A stretch of 46,415 nt of DNA from Candidatus Vogelbacteria bacterium RIFOXYD1_FULL_46_19 (lineage in GTDB: Bacteria > Patescibacteriota > Minisyncoccia > Phycocordibacterales > XYD1-FULL-46-19). The stretch is from the NCBI GenBank assembly GCA_001824825.1, contig MHTK01000006.1, positions 1 to 46,415 on the forward strand, read 5' to 3'. The notes beneath the pieces were generated by a model. The model was not told the DNA's origin. It did not search any database and saw only the letters and a list, made by a program, of their open reading frames with translations. How positions within the stretch are numbered: the stretch's first letter is position 1; each line of letters begins with the position of its first letter. Shown here piece after piece: positions 8,532 to 18,367 of this stretch. The translations under genes and the position numbers were made by a program.

Positions 8532-9221
8532 ATGTCTAGAACAATACCTATTCTAATATTAGTCTTAATTATTTTGGTTGGATTAATATGGTTTATTTGG
8601 CCAAAGACGAACGAGCCTGTTGAAGAGTCACCGATTACCACTGAAAATTCAGCCCCGGCCGCCGTGCCAGCTGATGGTGAATATAATTTTGTGGCGAGTG
8701 AAAGTAAGGTCGGGTGGCGGGGGAGCAAGACCCTGATTGCTTCCTATGAAGATTTAGGTCAAGTGGAAATAGAACAGGGATCATTTAGGGTTTCAGGCGG
8801 GACAATATCCGAAGGATCGGTAGTTTTTGATATGAACAGCTTAAGTGCCGATAATACCTCTAACACTCGCTTGGGGGTTGACGCTCTGGTTCGCCATTTA
8901 AAATCAGAGGATTTTTTGGAAGTCGAGGCCTATCCGACCGCAAGTTTCACCATGAGTGAGCCGGCGGTAATTGGAGCCGGCGGAGCGACGACCCTAGTGG
9001 GAGATTTGATGATTAAAGGCCAGACCAATTCAGTTACGATTCCCACTCGGGTGACTAAAATGGCGGACGGGACGGTGGCTATCACCGGGGACCTGTCGAT
9101 CGACCGAACCAACTGGAGGATTCGCTATAATTCGTCTCGGTTTTTCCAGGACTTGGGTGATAATGTGATAGATGATGAAGTGCAAATTAAGATTGAAGCC
9201 GTGGCCGAACCAACGAGTTAG
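8532..9221 (+). CDS. YceI-family lipid/polyisoprenoid-binding protein with N-terminal anchor
   Basis: SKVGW, HLKSEDFLEVEAYPTASF, GDLMIKG, IDRTNWRI. ATG at 8532 preferred over the TTG at 8367, which overlaps the DUF378 gene. Confidence 0.88.
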   Translation: MSRTIPILILVLIILVGLIWFIWPKTNEPVEESPITTENSAPAAVPADGEYNFVASESKVGWRGSKTLIASYEDLGQVEIEQGSFRVSGGTISEGSVVFDMNSLSADNTSNTRLGVDALVRHLKSEDFLEVEAYPTASFTMSEPAVIGAGGATTLVGDLMIKGQTNSVTIPTRVTKMADGTVAITGDLSIDRTNWRIRYNSSRFFQDLGDNVIDDEVQIKIEAVAEPTS

Positions 9222-9294
9222 AGCTAACTTGTAGTAAGGTAATACGCGGGGACAACTGGATACATTTTTTATAGCGGTCTGTTATAATAAAATT

Positions 9295-9642
9295 ATGGAA
9301 ACATTTATCTCATCACCTATATTTGTTCTTGTGACTGGATTAGCAGAAATTTTGATCGTTATTTTTGGGGCTATTATTTTGGCTTATGTCGTGGTGATAG
9401 TTCATAATGTGAATCGGATGTCTAAGATTGCGAGGACAGAAGCTGAAAATATTGCAGCTGATATCGAACGAGCTCGCGTGGATCTTAAAGATGGAGTAGA
9501 GGTGGTAAAAAAGCGAGTTAAATTGGCTGTTGGTGCCATGTCGGCCAAAAAGATATTTGATATGCTGTTAGCAGGAGCGGGTCGAGTAACGGCTCGTCAA
9601 AAAAGTAAACGGCGATCAAGCCGGAAGTCGAGTGATGATTAA
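9295..9642 (+). CDS. Hypothetical membrane protein (TM helix plus coiled-coil)
   Basis: N-terminal TM helix. TGTTATAAT lies 6 nt before the ATG. Confidence 0.7.
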   Translation: METFISSPIFVLVTGLAEILIVIFGAIILAYVVVIVHNVNRMSKIARTEAENIAADIERARVDLKDGVEVVKKRVKLAVGAMSAKKIFDMLLAGAGRVTARQKSKRRSSRKSSDD

Positions 9643-9665
9643 TTAATTATTATAGGAATATTGTT

Positions 9666-10082
9666 ATGGCAAATAAAATGAACAAAAACAGTAAGGATGG
9701 TAATTTTGGAGCTGGGTTGGCTCTGGGGGCGTCAGTGGTGGCCGCGATGGCTGGCGGCTATTTCCTTTATGGTCCCCACGGTCGAGAAAACCGTAAGAAG
9801 GTAAGAGCTTGGACTATTAAAGCTAGAGGAGAGATTTTGGCTGAATTGGAAAAAATGAAGGAAGTGACCGCTGAAAAATATGATCAAGCCGTGGAAAAAG
9901 TTACCGCCAAGTACGCGAAAATGAAAGACGTCTCCGCCGATGAGATTGGAGATTTAAAAAAGGATATGAAAAAGTATTGGCGGCAGATTAACGCTGATCT
10001 GAAAGCTAAAACCGGGATGGTCAAAAAAAAGACTAATCAAACCCGGCGCTTGATTGCTAAAAAGGTTGACCCTGATCGTTAA
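9666..10082 (+). CDS. YtxH-like protein
   Basis: GAGLALGASVVAAMAGGYFLYGPHGRENRKKV followed by a charged helical region. Confidence 0.65.
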   Translation: MANKMNKNSKDGNFGAGLALGASVVAAMAGGYFLYGPHGRENRKKVRAWTIKARGEILAELEKMKEVTAEKYDQAVEKVTAKYAKMKDVSADEIGDLKKDMKKYWRQINADLKAKTGMVKKKTNQTRRLIAKKVDPDR

Positions 10083-10092
10083 TTAAAAATTG

Positions 10093-10124
10093 TTTTACCC
10101 GCCTCCACAGGGGCGGGTAAAATT
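10093..10124 (+). terminator. Hairpin/terminator after the YtxH-like gene
   Basis: Inverted repeat TTTTACCCGCC/GGCGGGTAAAA. Confidence 0.6.
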
Positions 10125-10127
10125 GTT

Positions 10128-10676
10128 ATGATTGAAGTTGTAGATTTAAAAGTGATGACATGGATGGAGGCTTGGCGGTCTCCTGTATTAAATGATTTCT
10201 TCTTGCTCTTTACGCGTTTAGGAGATTTTGAGGTAGTGCTATTTCTAACAATCGTACTGCTGGCTTCGATTTGGTTCGGTGGAAAATTCAAACCTTGGTT
10301 ACCCGTCTTTTCACTCCTGACTATAGCTTTAGCTTGGGCAGTGAATTTTTTACTCAAGTTATTTATGGCTCGTAGCCGCCCTCTAGTCCCCGAGGCTTTA
10401 GTATCAGCTGGTGGCTTTGCTTGGCCCAGTGGTCACGCTTTAGTGGGAACAGTGCTCTACGGGCTTATAGTTTGGCTGATTATTAGTAGTCGACCAAGAT
10501 CAGGTAGAGTTAAGAGGGTGATTTTATTGGCTGGTGGTTTGGTTATTTTTTTAGTTGGATTGTCGCGGGTATACCTCGGAGTGCACTGGTTTTCCGATGT
10601 GGTAGCTGGATGGATTTTGGGGGCACTGATTTTAATCTTATTTAATTGGTTAGTTAAAGAGTATCAACAAACATAA
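10128..10676 (+). CDS. PAP2-family membrane phosphatase (undecaprenyl-PP phosphatase-like)
   Basis: K-x6-RP, PSGH and SRVYLGVHWFSDV motifs. Confidence 0.92.
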   Translation: MIEVVDLKVMTWMEAWRSPVLNDFFLLFTRLGDFEVVLFLTIVLLASIWFGGKFKPWLPVFSLLTIALAWAVNFLLKLFMARSRPLVPEALVSAGGFAWPSGHALVGTVLYGLIVWLIISSRPRSGRVKRVILLAGGLVIFLVGLSRVYLGVHWFSDVVAGWILGALILILFNWLVKEYQQT

Positions 10677-10686
10677 TTTAACAACT

Positions 10687-11550
10687 ATGTCTTCACTAAT
10701 TAATTTTGGACAGCAGCTAGCGCGACACCTAAAGGGTGACAGTGTGTCTTTGTATGCGGCGGCCATTGCTTACTATACGGTATTCTCTTTGGTGCCCACG
10801 TTAGTTATAGCGACTGTGATCGCTAGTTTGACTTTAGGTCGTGAGCGAGGATCTGGGGCGCTGTCAGAGTTAGTGGAAACCTATTTTGGTCAGTCTGGTC
10901 TAACTTTTTTTAATAAGGCAGCCGAGTCATTGGCGACAGCTCAGTTAGGGGGGATTTTAACTGTGGTGGGAATTTTAGTGCTTATTTATGGGGCCGTTAA
11001 TTTGTTTAAGCATTTACAACACGCCTTTAGTTTAATTTTTAACTTTACCACGGAAACTGAAGAAGATTTAGTTCAGGCTGTAATAAATCGCCATAGTCGT
11101 TCTGTTATTTATCTAGCTATTTTGTTGCTACTCATTTTAGTATTGGCAATTGTTAATGTGACGGCTAATGTTTTAGTTCACTGGTTTGTTGACTGGTTGT
11201 GGTTTAACCTGCCACCGATCACCTTGTCTATTGTCAACTATCTAATTATGACGTTGGTGGCGATTTTCATTTTGACTTTCATCTATCGTCTGACTTCCTT
11301 AAAGCGCTTGACTTGGAAGAATGCTTGGTGCGGCGGGACTGTGGGGGGTATATTGTTTGCTCTCATAAATAGTATATTGGGTTGGTATATTTCTATCAGT
11401 ATTGTGGTACCGATATATGGCGCAGCTAGTTTTCTGGTAATCTTTCTGTTGTGGTCATACTACATGGCTCTATCTATTCTAATTGGGGCGGAAGTGGGTA
11501 AAATTTTAGAGTGTCGCTACCCTAAGCATCGGCAAAAAGTTTGCCTGTAA
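10687..11550 (+). CDS. YihY/virulence factor BrkB family membrane protein
   Basis: AAAIAYYTVFSLVP and YGAASFLVIFLLWSYYMALSILIGAE. Confidence 0.9.
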   Translation: MSSLINFGQQLARHLKGDSVSLYAAAIAYYTVFSLVPTLVIATVIASLTLGRERGSGALSELVETYFGQSGLTFFNKAAESLATAQLGGILTVVGILVLIYGAVNLFKHLQHAFSLIFNFTTETEEDLVQAVINRHSRSVIYLAILLLLILVLAIVNVTANVLVHWFVDWLWFNLPPITLSIVNYLIMTLVAIFILTFIYRLTSLKRLTWKNAWCGGTVGGILFALINSILGWYISISIVVPIYGAASFLVIFLLWSYYMALSILIGAEVGKILECRYPKHRQKVCL

Positions 11551-11581
11551 TATTACCAAATCAAGTGTTATAATTTTTATT

Positions 11582-12649
11582 ATGGACTATTCAATGATCA
11601 AAAAACAGAATTTGCAACTTTACTTTTTCTTACTGATATTTATCGTGGTGGCGATTTTGTCAATGATGGTGCTTTTTCCTTTTATTAACGCCATTGCCTT
11701 AGCTTTTGTGCTAGCGATAGCTTTTAAGCCTTTATACTACTGGTTTAATCGTCACTTAAAGAGCTGGCCCGCGCTCTCTTCAATTTTAACCATTTTGGTT
11801 ATCTTTCTACTCATTATCATTCCGCTGACTTTAGTTTTTGGACAGATTGTGCGGGAGACCAGAGACATTGCCCTGTCTTTAATGGGGGCGGATTCATCAC
11901 TTTTACTGTCCGGGTGGATGACTAAGATTAATGAATTAGTCGGCTCATTTCTACCCGGAGCTGGTTTTGACTTGGCTAGCTACACCGGGCGGATTGCCGA
12001 AGGTTTGATCCAAGGGGTGTGGGAAAATTTCTCTTTCGTCACCAGTAGTACCTTAAGTTTATTGGGGCTAATCCTCGACGCTTTTATTGTGGCCATTACC
12101 TTATTCTTTTTACTTAAAGATGGACCAGCTTTTAAAAGATCTTTAATTCACTTTAGCCCTTTAGATGACGACTTAGACCGGCAGATTATGGCTAAACTGG
12201 AAAATACCATCAACGCCGTGGTGCGGAGCGCGTTTGTGGTGGCCTTGATTAAGGGTGGTTTGACCGCTTTGGGGTTAGTTATTTTTGATGTGCCCAATGT
12301 AGCCCTGTGGTCTTTGGCGGCTGGGCTAGCCTCGATGATTCCGGGTGTCGGCACGGCCTTAGTATTTGTACCTATTATCATTTACATGTTTTTTACCGGT
12401 GGGATAATACCAGCACTAGGGCTTTTGATTTGGGCGGCCTTGATTGTTGGTTTAGCTGATAATATTTTGGTACCTTACTTTTATTCACGGGGGGTTAAAA
12501 TCCATCCGGTTTTAATCTTACTATCAGTGTTAGGTGGATTGGCGATGTTTGGGGGTTTAGGCTTTGTTTTTGGGCCTTTAATTCTTAGTCTCTTCTTTAC
12601 TTTGTTGGATTTGCAGCGCTTATTCGTTACGAAAGAGGAAGCCAGTTAG
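11582..12649 (+). CDS. AI-2E family transporter
   Basis: FFLLKDG, IPGVGTALV, DNILVP and HPVLILLSVLGG...GFVFGP. Confidence 0.92.
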   Translation: MDYSMIKKQNLQLYFFLLIFIVVAILSMMVLFPFINAIALAFVLAIAFKPLYYWFNRHLKSWPALSSILTILVIFLLIIIPLTLVFGQIVRETRDIALSLMGADSSLLLSGWMTKINELVGSFLPGAGFDLASYTGRIAEGLIQGVWENFSFVTSSTLSLLGLILDAFIVAITLFFLLKDGPAFKRSLIHFSPLDDDLDRQIMAKLENTINAVVRSAFVVALIKGGLTALGLVIFDVPNVALWSLAAGLASMIPGVGTALVFVPIIIYMFFTGGIIPALGLLIWAALIVGLADNILVPYFYSRGVKIHPVLILLSVLGGLAMFGGLGFVFGPLILSLFFTLLDLQRLFVTKEEAS

Positions 12650-12723
12650 AGCTGGTAGAGTTGGTGGTGAAGACGCTTGATCGCGAGAGGATAAAATTAC
12701 GAATTTAATCATTTATATTACCT

Positions 12724-13464
12724 ATGTCTAAAATTTTTCTAGGAATCGTCATTGTTCTGGTGTTGATAGCTGGGGGCTGGTGGTATTACAATAATCAAGC
12801 GGGGGTAGATTCGCCCGCTCGAGGGGAGGGAGAGACCACCCTGGAAACATTTATGGTCAATGAAACAGATCGAGAGTTTGTGGCGACCGGCTCTAATTTA
12901 GCCCGCGTGGAAGTTTGGTCTAAAAGTGAGTTAGAGGCGGAGGGCGAGCGTTTGGGTGAAATGAGCTTAAGATTAGAAGAAGCAGGTGTTCAAACCTGGA
13001 CTTGGCCTATTCCCAAATATCCACTAGCCACCGTGGAGATATATGCTCTCGGTTTTGACGACGCCGGACAAGAAATTGGTCCCGTTAGTTTACCTTTTCA
13101 AGGTTCAGAAGAATTATACAATGCCTTGTGGCTACAGATTCCGTTTGAAGAAGCTGAGCTGTCCTTGGGTGAAACTTATACCTCGGGAGATTTTAGTTTG
13201 AAATTGGTTGATATTGCCGAAGATAGTCGTTGTCCGGAAGGGGTGGAGTGTATTCAAGCGGGGCGAGTGACGGCCGATTTGGAGATTGGATTAGAAGGGC
13301 GAACTGAAACCATTAGTTTGCGTAGTGATGAAGGGGAAAGACAAATTGGAGACTATTATATCAACTTGATAGCCATTGACCCCTTGGCTCGTGAAGGGGT
13401 CACCTTATCAGCGGCCGACTACACGCTAACCTTTTACATTACTAAAGAGTTATCTAAGCTTTAA
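12724..13464 (+). CDS. Exported hypothetical protein with DSRCP-x3-C motif
   Basis: N-terminal TM helix. C-terminal domain contains EDSRCPEGVECIQAG. Confidence 0.75.
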   Translation: MSKIFLGIVIVLVLIAGGWWYYNNQAGVDSPARGEGETTLETFMVNETDREFVATGSNLARVEVWSKSELEAEGERLGEMSLRLEEAGVQTWTWPIPKYPLATVEIYALGFDDAGQEIGPVSLPFQGSEELYNALWLQIPFEEAELSLGETYTSGDFSLKLVDIAEDSRCPEGVECIQAGRVTADLEIGLEGRTETISLRSDEGERQIGDYYINLIAIDPLAREGVTLSAADYTLTFYITKELSKL

Positions 13465-13478
13465 AATTATAAATAATC

Positions 13479-13613
13479 GTGCTTAAAAAGTCGTTTGGCT
13501 GACTGGTGACGGTTGGTTTTATCGGCTTTGTTCTTTATGTTTAGTTCACCAGTGGTAGTGATTTTGACTTCAAAAATTTGTCCCGTTTGGTGAACGAATC
13601 ACACTATACATAA
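13479..13613 (+). pseudogene. Possible decayed small membrane-protein gene
   Basis: Frame reads MLKKSFG*LVTVGFIGFVLYV*FTSG...; both stops (TGA, TAG) are one transition from TGG and flank a TM-like helix. Confidence 0.25.
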
Positions 13614-13736
13614 GCTAAGCCTATGTATTTAGAAGATGTGATGTAATGTGGTGGTTAAGGAGTGGATGGTTTGGGGAATGGGGAAATAGGAAGAGGCCGG
13701 CTACATTTGGGGCGAGGTTTGCTATAATGCGAACTA

Positions 13737-15362
13737 ATGAAACAAACTGAAGCCCTCGACCTCTTAAAAATGGGTCATAATATTTTTCTCACCGGCCCGG
13801 CCGGCAGTGGTAAAACTTATGTGCTGGGAGAATATATAAAATATTTAAAACGGCAAAATATACCAGTGGCTATCACGGCTTCCACGGGCATAGCCGCGAC
13901 TCTTTTAGGCGGAGTGACAGTGCATTCTTGGACGGGACTCGGGGTGCGCGATGGTTTGGATGCCTATGGCGTGGAGCAATTGAAGGAAAAAAAATACCTA
14001 TGGGATCGTTTTAAGAAGTATCAAGTTTTAATCATTGATGAAATATCCATGCTGTCGCGCCGACAGCTGGATGCGATTGATGCTTTGGGGCGCGCCTTTC
14101 GTGATGAGCGTCTACCTTTTGGTGGTCTACAAGTGGTAATGTCTGGCGATTTTTTTCAATTACCACCTATTAGTCAAACTGGTCGCGGGTCCCTGTGGGC
14201 CTATTTAGCCGAGAGTTGGGGCCGGTCGGCTGTGAAAGTTTGTTATCTCGAGGAGCAGTTTCGACAGCGGGAAGATCAGGATTACTTCACGGTTTTGCAA
14301 GCTATCCGTAATAATGAGGTGAGTGAGTCAGTTAAGAAATTAATCACGGAACGTTTTAATCAGCCACCGAAGTTAGATGTCATGCCGACCAGGTTGTACA
14401 CCCATAATGTGGATGTAGATGTTATTAATGGGCGAGAGCTCGCGAATTTAGACGGCACTCAGAAGGAATATCAAATGGCGGTCAAGGGTAATAAAAAAAT
14501 GGCCGAAGGTTTGAAACGGGGACTCTTAGCCCCGGAAATTTTATACTTAAAACCGGGCGCTCGGGTAATGTTTGTACGGAATAATTTTGACGCTGGCTTT
14601 GTTAATGGCACCTTAGGGGTGGTAAAAAAGTTTAGTCGACGAGGCTTACCGGAGGTGCGATTATCAAGCGGGGAAGTGATAGAGGTGGAACCGGAAACCT
14701 GGGTTTTAGAAGAAGATGGAAAAATTAAAGCGGAAGTTAGACAGTTGCCGCTCCGCCTGGCTTGGGCCATTACTGTCCATAAGAGCCAAGGGATGAGTTT
14801 GGATGCCATGGAGGTGGATTTGTCGAAAGCCTTTGTGGCCGGTATGGGTTATGTGGCCTTGTCACGCGTCCGGTCGCTTCGGGGCTTAAATATATTGGGG
14901 ATTAATGAGTTGGCTTTAACTGTTGATCAGGAAATTGCCGAGCAAGATCAGCGTTTTCAAGCTTTATCTCGAAACTTAGGTGCTGGCCTCAACTGCTTAA
15001 CCGCTGGTGATAAAAAACGGCTGATTGATAAATTTTCCAATGAAACCAAAGTGGCCGCTCCCCCACCTAAAGTTTCGACTTATGAGGCGACTAAGCAGCT
15101 GGTCCTGACCGGGCTGATGTTAAGGGAGATGGCCAGTCGCCGGCAGATGACAGAAGAAACGATTATTGCTCACCTGGAAAAGCTTCAAGCGGCCGGCGAA
15201 GATTTAAACCTCGACTACTTGAAGCCGGCACCTAATCGTTTTAAGCGTATCAAAGAAGCTTTTATAAAAACCGGTGATCGGAAACTCTCGCCCGTGAAAA
15301 ATTTGTTACCAGAGAGTTTTACTTTTAGAGAGCTACGCCTGGCCCGCTTGTTTTTGGATTAG
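13737..15362 (+). CDS. PIF1-family SF1B helicase with C-terminal HTH
   Basis: TGPAGSGKT, TASTGIAA, IIDEISM, GDFFQLPP, LAWAITVHKSQG, YVALSR. C-terminal MTEETIIAHL HTH. Confidence 0.92.
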   Translation: MKQTEALDLLKMGHNIFLTGPAGSGKTYVLGEYIKYLKRQNIPVAITASTGIAATLLGGVTVHSWTGLGVRDGLDAYGVEQLKEKKYLWDRFKKYQVLIIDEISMLSRRQLDAIDALGRAFRDERLPFGGLQVVMSGDFFQLPPISQTGRGSLWAYLAESWGRSAVKVCYLEEQFRQREDQDYFTVLQAIRNNEVSESVKKLITERFNQPPKLDVMPTRLYTHNVDVDVINGRELANLDGTQKEYQMAVKGNKKMAEGLKRGLLAPEILYLKPGARVMFVRNNFDAGFVNGTLGVVKKFSRRGLPEVRLSSGEVIEVEPETWVLEEDGKIKAEVRQLPLRLAWAITVHKSQGMSLDAMEVDLSKAFVAGMGYVALSRVRSLRGLNILGINELALTVDQEIAEQDQRFQALSRNLGAGLNCLTAGDKKRLIDKFSNETKVAAPPPKVSTYEATKQLVLTGLMLREMASRRQMTEETIIAHLEKLQAAGEDLNLDYLKPAPNRFKRIKEAFIKTGDRKLSPVKNLLPESFTFRELRLARLFLD

Positions 15363-15429
15363 CAAATCAACCACTTACTAATTTCTTAAGTCATTCTATC
15401 TTGACCGGACCATGATATAATAGTTTTTT

Positions 15430-16398
15430 ATGATCACTAATAGTCAATTTCCACAACTAAAACAAATCCTCAACTGGCCGAACAATCACAACCGGTGGCT
15501 CAAGATATTAATGGTAGTAGTTTTTATTTTTTTAGTTATTCTGGTAGTCATTTTAACTATTATTACCCAAGAGCAATCCTTGGCCCGGGAACGAATTAAT
15601 TTATTGGCTAGCGAACTTGATCTGATTAAGACACAATTTAATCAAAACCAAGAGGTGTTGACGGCTCTGGTGGACGGTAATAGTGAGTTAGCCACCTCTC
15701 TTCAACTTGAGCAGACTACCAGGTTGGCGGCGGAGGTAGAAGCCGAAGCATCTAGAAAACAACTCTTAGCTTTGGAAAAGGAAGTGACGACGCAAAAAGT
15801 GGCATTGGAAGCGTCTGATATTACGAAAGTCATTCGAGAGTGGAGTCCCCGGGTGGTGCGACTTACTTGCGAAACAGAACTTAGTGAGGGCGGATCTAGA
15901 GTGGCTAAAGCTTCGGCGGTGGCCGATCTGACCTCGGGTGAATTGCGTTTTATGACCAATAAGCACGTGGTGGAAGAAAAAGGCGTCATGGCTGATGAGT
16001 GTGAATTAACGCTCTTTGACGGAGACTCGACTGTTAAGGTGGCCAAAAACGACATAGACGCCCGGCCCGATCGCGACCTCGCCTATTTGAAACCCAGCCA
16101 GGGAGTGTCTCTACCGACCAGTGTTGGTCCCTTGCCGATTTGTGCTACTCGCCCCGACATTGGAGATGGGGTGGTGATCTTGGGCTACCCGAGTGTTGGT
16201 TCTAAGGTTGGCATCACCGCTACGGAAGGAATCATTGCTGGTTTTGATGAGGATTATTACATAACCTCAGCGAAGATTGAACGGGGTAACTCTGGTGGGG
16301 CCGCCATTTTAGTGTCAGATAATTGTTTTGTTGGTTTACCCACCCTCACGGTCGCTGGCCGGACGGAATCATTAGCTCGAATTTTACCGATTATTTAA
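15430..16398 (+). CDS. Membrane-anchored trypsin-like serine protease with coiled-coil stalk
   Basis: TNKHVV, DLAYL and GNSGG triad motifs. N-terminal TM helix. Confidence 0.88.
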   Translation: MITNSQFPQLKQILNWPNNHNRWLKILMVVVFIFLVILVVILTIITQEQSLARERINLLASELDLIKTQFNQNQEVLTALVDGNSELATSLQLEQTTRLAAEVEAEASRKQLLALEKEVTTQKVALEASDITKVIREWSPRVVRLTCETELSEGGSRVAKASAVADLTSGELRFMTNKHVVEEKGVMADECELTLFDGDSTVKVAKNDIDARPDRDLAYLKPSQGVSLPTSVGPLPICATRPDIGDGVVILGYPSVGSKVGITATEGIIAGFDEDYYITSAKIERGNSGGAAILVSDNCFVGLPTLTVAGRTESLARILPII

Positions 16399-16455
16399 TG
16401 CAGGGCCGGTGAGAATAAGTGGACAAAAGATCTAATTTTCCTTAAGGTGGGGACT

Positions 16456-17292
16456 ATGACCAAAGATAAATACACGGCGGTGTGGGTATCACACTCGTCT
16501 TTAGGTGACTTCCTAAAGTGTCCCCGAGCTTATTATTTGCATAATGTCTATAAGGATCCAAAGACAGGTCATAAGCTAAACGTGGTGAGTCCGGCCCTGT
16601 CGCTGGGGAGCGCGGTGCATGAAGTGGTGGAAGGCTTGCTCCAGTACCCAGCGGAGGCTAGAGCTAAGCAACCTCTATTTTCCCATTACGAGTTGGCTTG
16701 GCAAAAAGTGTCTGGCCACCGGGGCGGTTTTAAATCGACTGAGGAAGAACGGGCGAGTAAAGAGAGGGGGCGAAAAATGATTGAGCGAGTGATGGCTCAC
16801 CCTGGACCACTTTTAAATAAGGCGGTTAAGTTGCCCGAACATGAAAACAATATGCCGCCCAATTATTTTTTATCGGAAGAAGATAATATTATTTTGTGTG
16901 GCAAAATCGATTGGTTGGAGTATCTTCCAGAGAATGACAGCTTGCACATTATCGATTTTAAAACCGGTCGACATGAAGAAAATGATGACTCACTACAGTT
17001 GCCTATTTATCTACTTCTACTATCCAACTTACAAAAACGGAAAGTTAACCGAGCTAGTTACTGGTATTTAGAAACTGACAACGAACCCAAGTCCAAGTGG
17101 TTGCCCACTATCGATGAGGCTTATGAAAGAGTCATTGAGGTGGCCAGGCGGGTTAAAGAAGCTCGCGAGCTGGGGGAATTTGCCTGCCCGCACGGAGGGT
17201 GTATGGCTTGCCAGCCGTTTGAAAAAATTTTAGCCGGGGAAGCCGAGTTTGTGGGCGTGGGTGGCTATGGCCAGGATTTATATTTAGCCTAA
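16456..17292 (+). CDS. PD-(D/E)XK nuclease family protein (RecB/AddB-like nuclease domain)
   Basis: SHSSL..F..CP, GSAVH, GKID, IIDFKTG, QL..Y and a C-terminal Cys cluster. Confidence 0.88.
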   Translation: MTKDKYTAVWVSHSSLGDFLKCPRAYYLHNVYKDPKTGHKLNVVSPALSLGSAVHEVVEGLLQYPAEARAKQPLFSHYELAWQKVSGHRGGFKSTEEERASKERGRKMIERVMAHPGPLLNKAVKLPEHENNMPPNYFLSEEDNIILCGKIDWLEYLPENDSLHIIDFKTGRHEENDDSLQLPIYLLLLSNLQKRKVNRASYWYLETDNEPKSKWLPTIDEAYERVIEVARRVKEARELGEFACPHGGCMACQPFEKILAGEAEFVGVGGYGQDLYLA

Positions 17293-17384
17293 GGACGTCT
17301 ATTTGTTTTCTAGGCATGGTATAATTAAATAGTAGTAAAACTTAAACTGGTTAAAGGCTAGTTTTTATTTTTGTATGATTTTGT

Positions 17385-17867
17385 ATGAATGAATTTACGG
17401 CTAAAAAATTAGGTGAGGTCTACGCTTTTATTAAAGTTGGCGGCGATCAGTTTAAGAGAAGTCGAGCGGCTTTGGCCTCAGTGATGGCGGAAGTGGAATT
17501 AGAACGAGTCACCCAAACTTACGTCGAACACTTACAAGGTATGGGAGAAGTGCTTCAGACCGCCCCCTTAACAGCTATTATTACGGCTACGGCGGAAGTC
17601 ACTGGCGATAAACTATTGGCGATGGCGCAAGTTTATATGAACAAAGAATCCGATTGGGATGATACTTCAGAAGTACTAGAGTGGTTGGGATTTTTTGAAG
17701 GAGGGGCCATTATTCACCTGGCTCTAGTAGAATCTGCGGCACGGGAGTTGGAGCTGGGAGAGCTGTCAACTTTAGTGGGGGCCGCCGCTGACTTTCATCG
17801 TAGTTTATTGGCCGAAATAGAAATTGCGATCGCGGCGTTGGTTCGATCTAAAGCGTTGACAAGTTAG
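17385..17867 (+). CDS. Hypothetical protein, possibly a ferritin-like four-helix bundle
   Basis: Helical, with EVLEWLGFFEGGAIIH and DFH; fold assignment is tentative. Confidence 0.6.
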   Translation: MNEFTAKKLGEVYAFIKVGGDQFKRSRAALASVMAEVELERVTQTYVEHLQGMGEVLQTAPLTAIITATAEVTGDKLLAMAQVYMNKESDWDDTSEVLEWLGFFEGGAIIHLALVESAARELELGELSTLVGAAADFHRSLLAEIEIAIAALVRSKALTS

Positions 17868-17893
17868 CCAAGTTGATAACAATAATTTATTAA

Positions 17894-18367
17894 ATGACTT
17901 TAAAACCTGCCTACATAGTTTTCCCGGCTTTGGTGATAACAATGGCTATAGCTGGGGCTTGGGCTACGGGCATAGGTTTAGATTCCGGTTGGTATGAGTC
18001 TTTAAATAAACCCGTTTTAGTACCACTCAATTATGTTTTTGGGCCGGTTTGGACTTTTATTTACATTCTGCTCTCGGTGGCCCTCATTTCGACCTGGTCT
18101 AAGCGTGGTGACTTGCGCTGGCCGAAGCTGGTAGCGGTAATTTTTATTTATAATGCCGTGGTCAATGTCTTATGGAGCTGGGCGTTTTTTGGCTGGGGGG
18201 CTTTAGGCTTGGCCTTGTGGCTGGCTACGGAAATATGGGCTTCGGTTTTAGTGTTGATAATATTATTATGGCAAACCAATCGGCGGGCGGCCTACTGCCT
18301 TTGGCCCTATCTACTGTGGGTGACGCTCGCTGTCTATTTAAACTATGCTATTTGGCTTCTCAATTGA
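17894..18367 (+). CDS. tspO: TspO/MBR tryptophan-rich sensory protein
   Basis: WYESLNKP, VFGPVWT, LWSWAFFG, PYLLWV. Confidence 0.92.
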   Translation: MTLKPAYIVFPALVITMAIAGAWATGIGLDSGWYESLNKPVLVPLNYVFGPVWTFIYILLSVALISTWSKRGDLRWPKLVAVIFIYNAVVNVLWSWAFFGWGALGLALWLATEIWASVLVLIILLWQTNRRAAYCLWPYLLWVTLAVYLNYAIWLLN

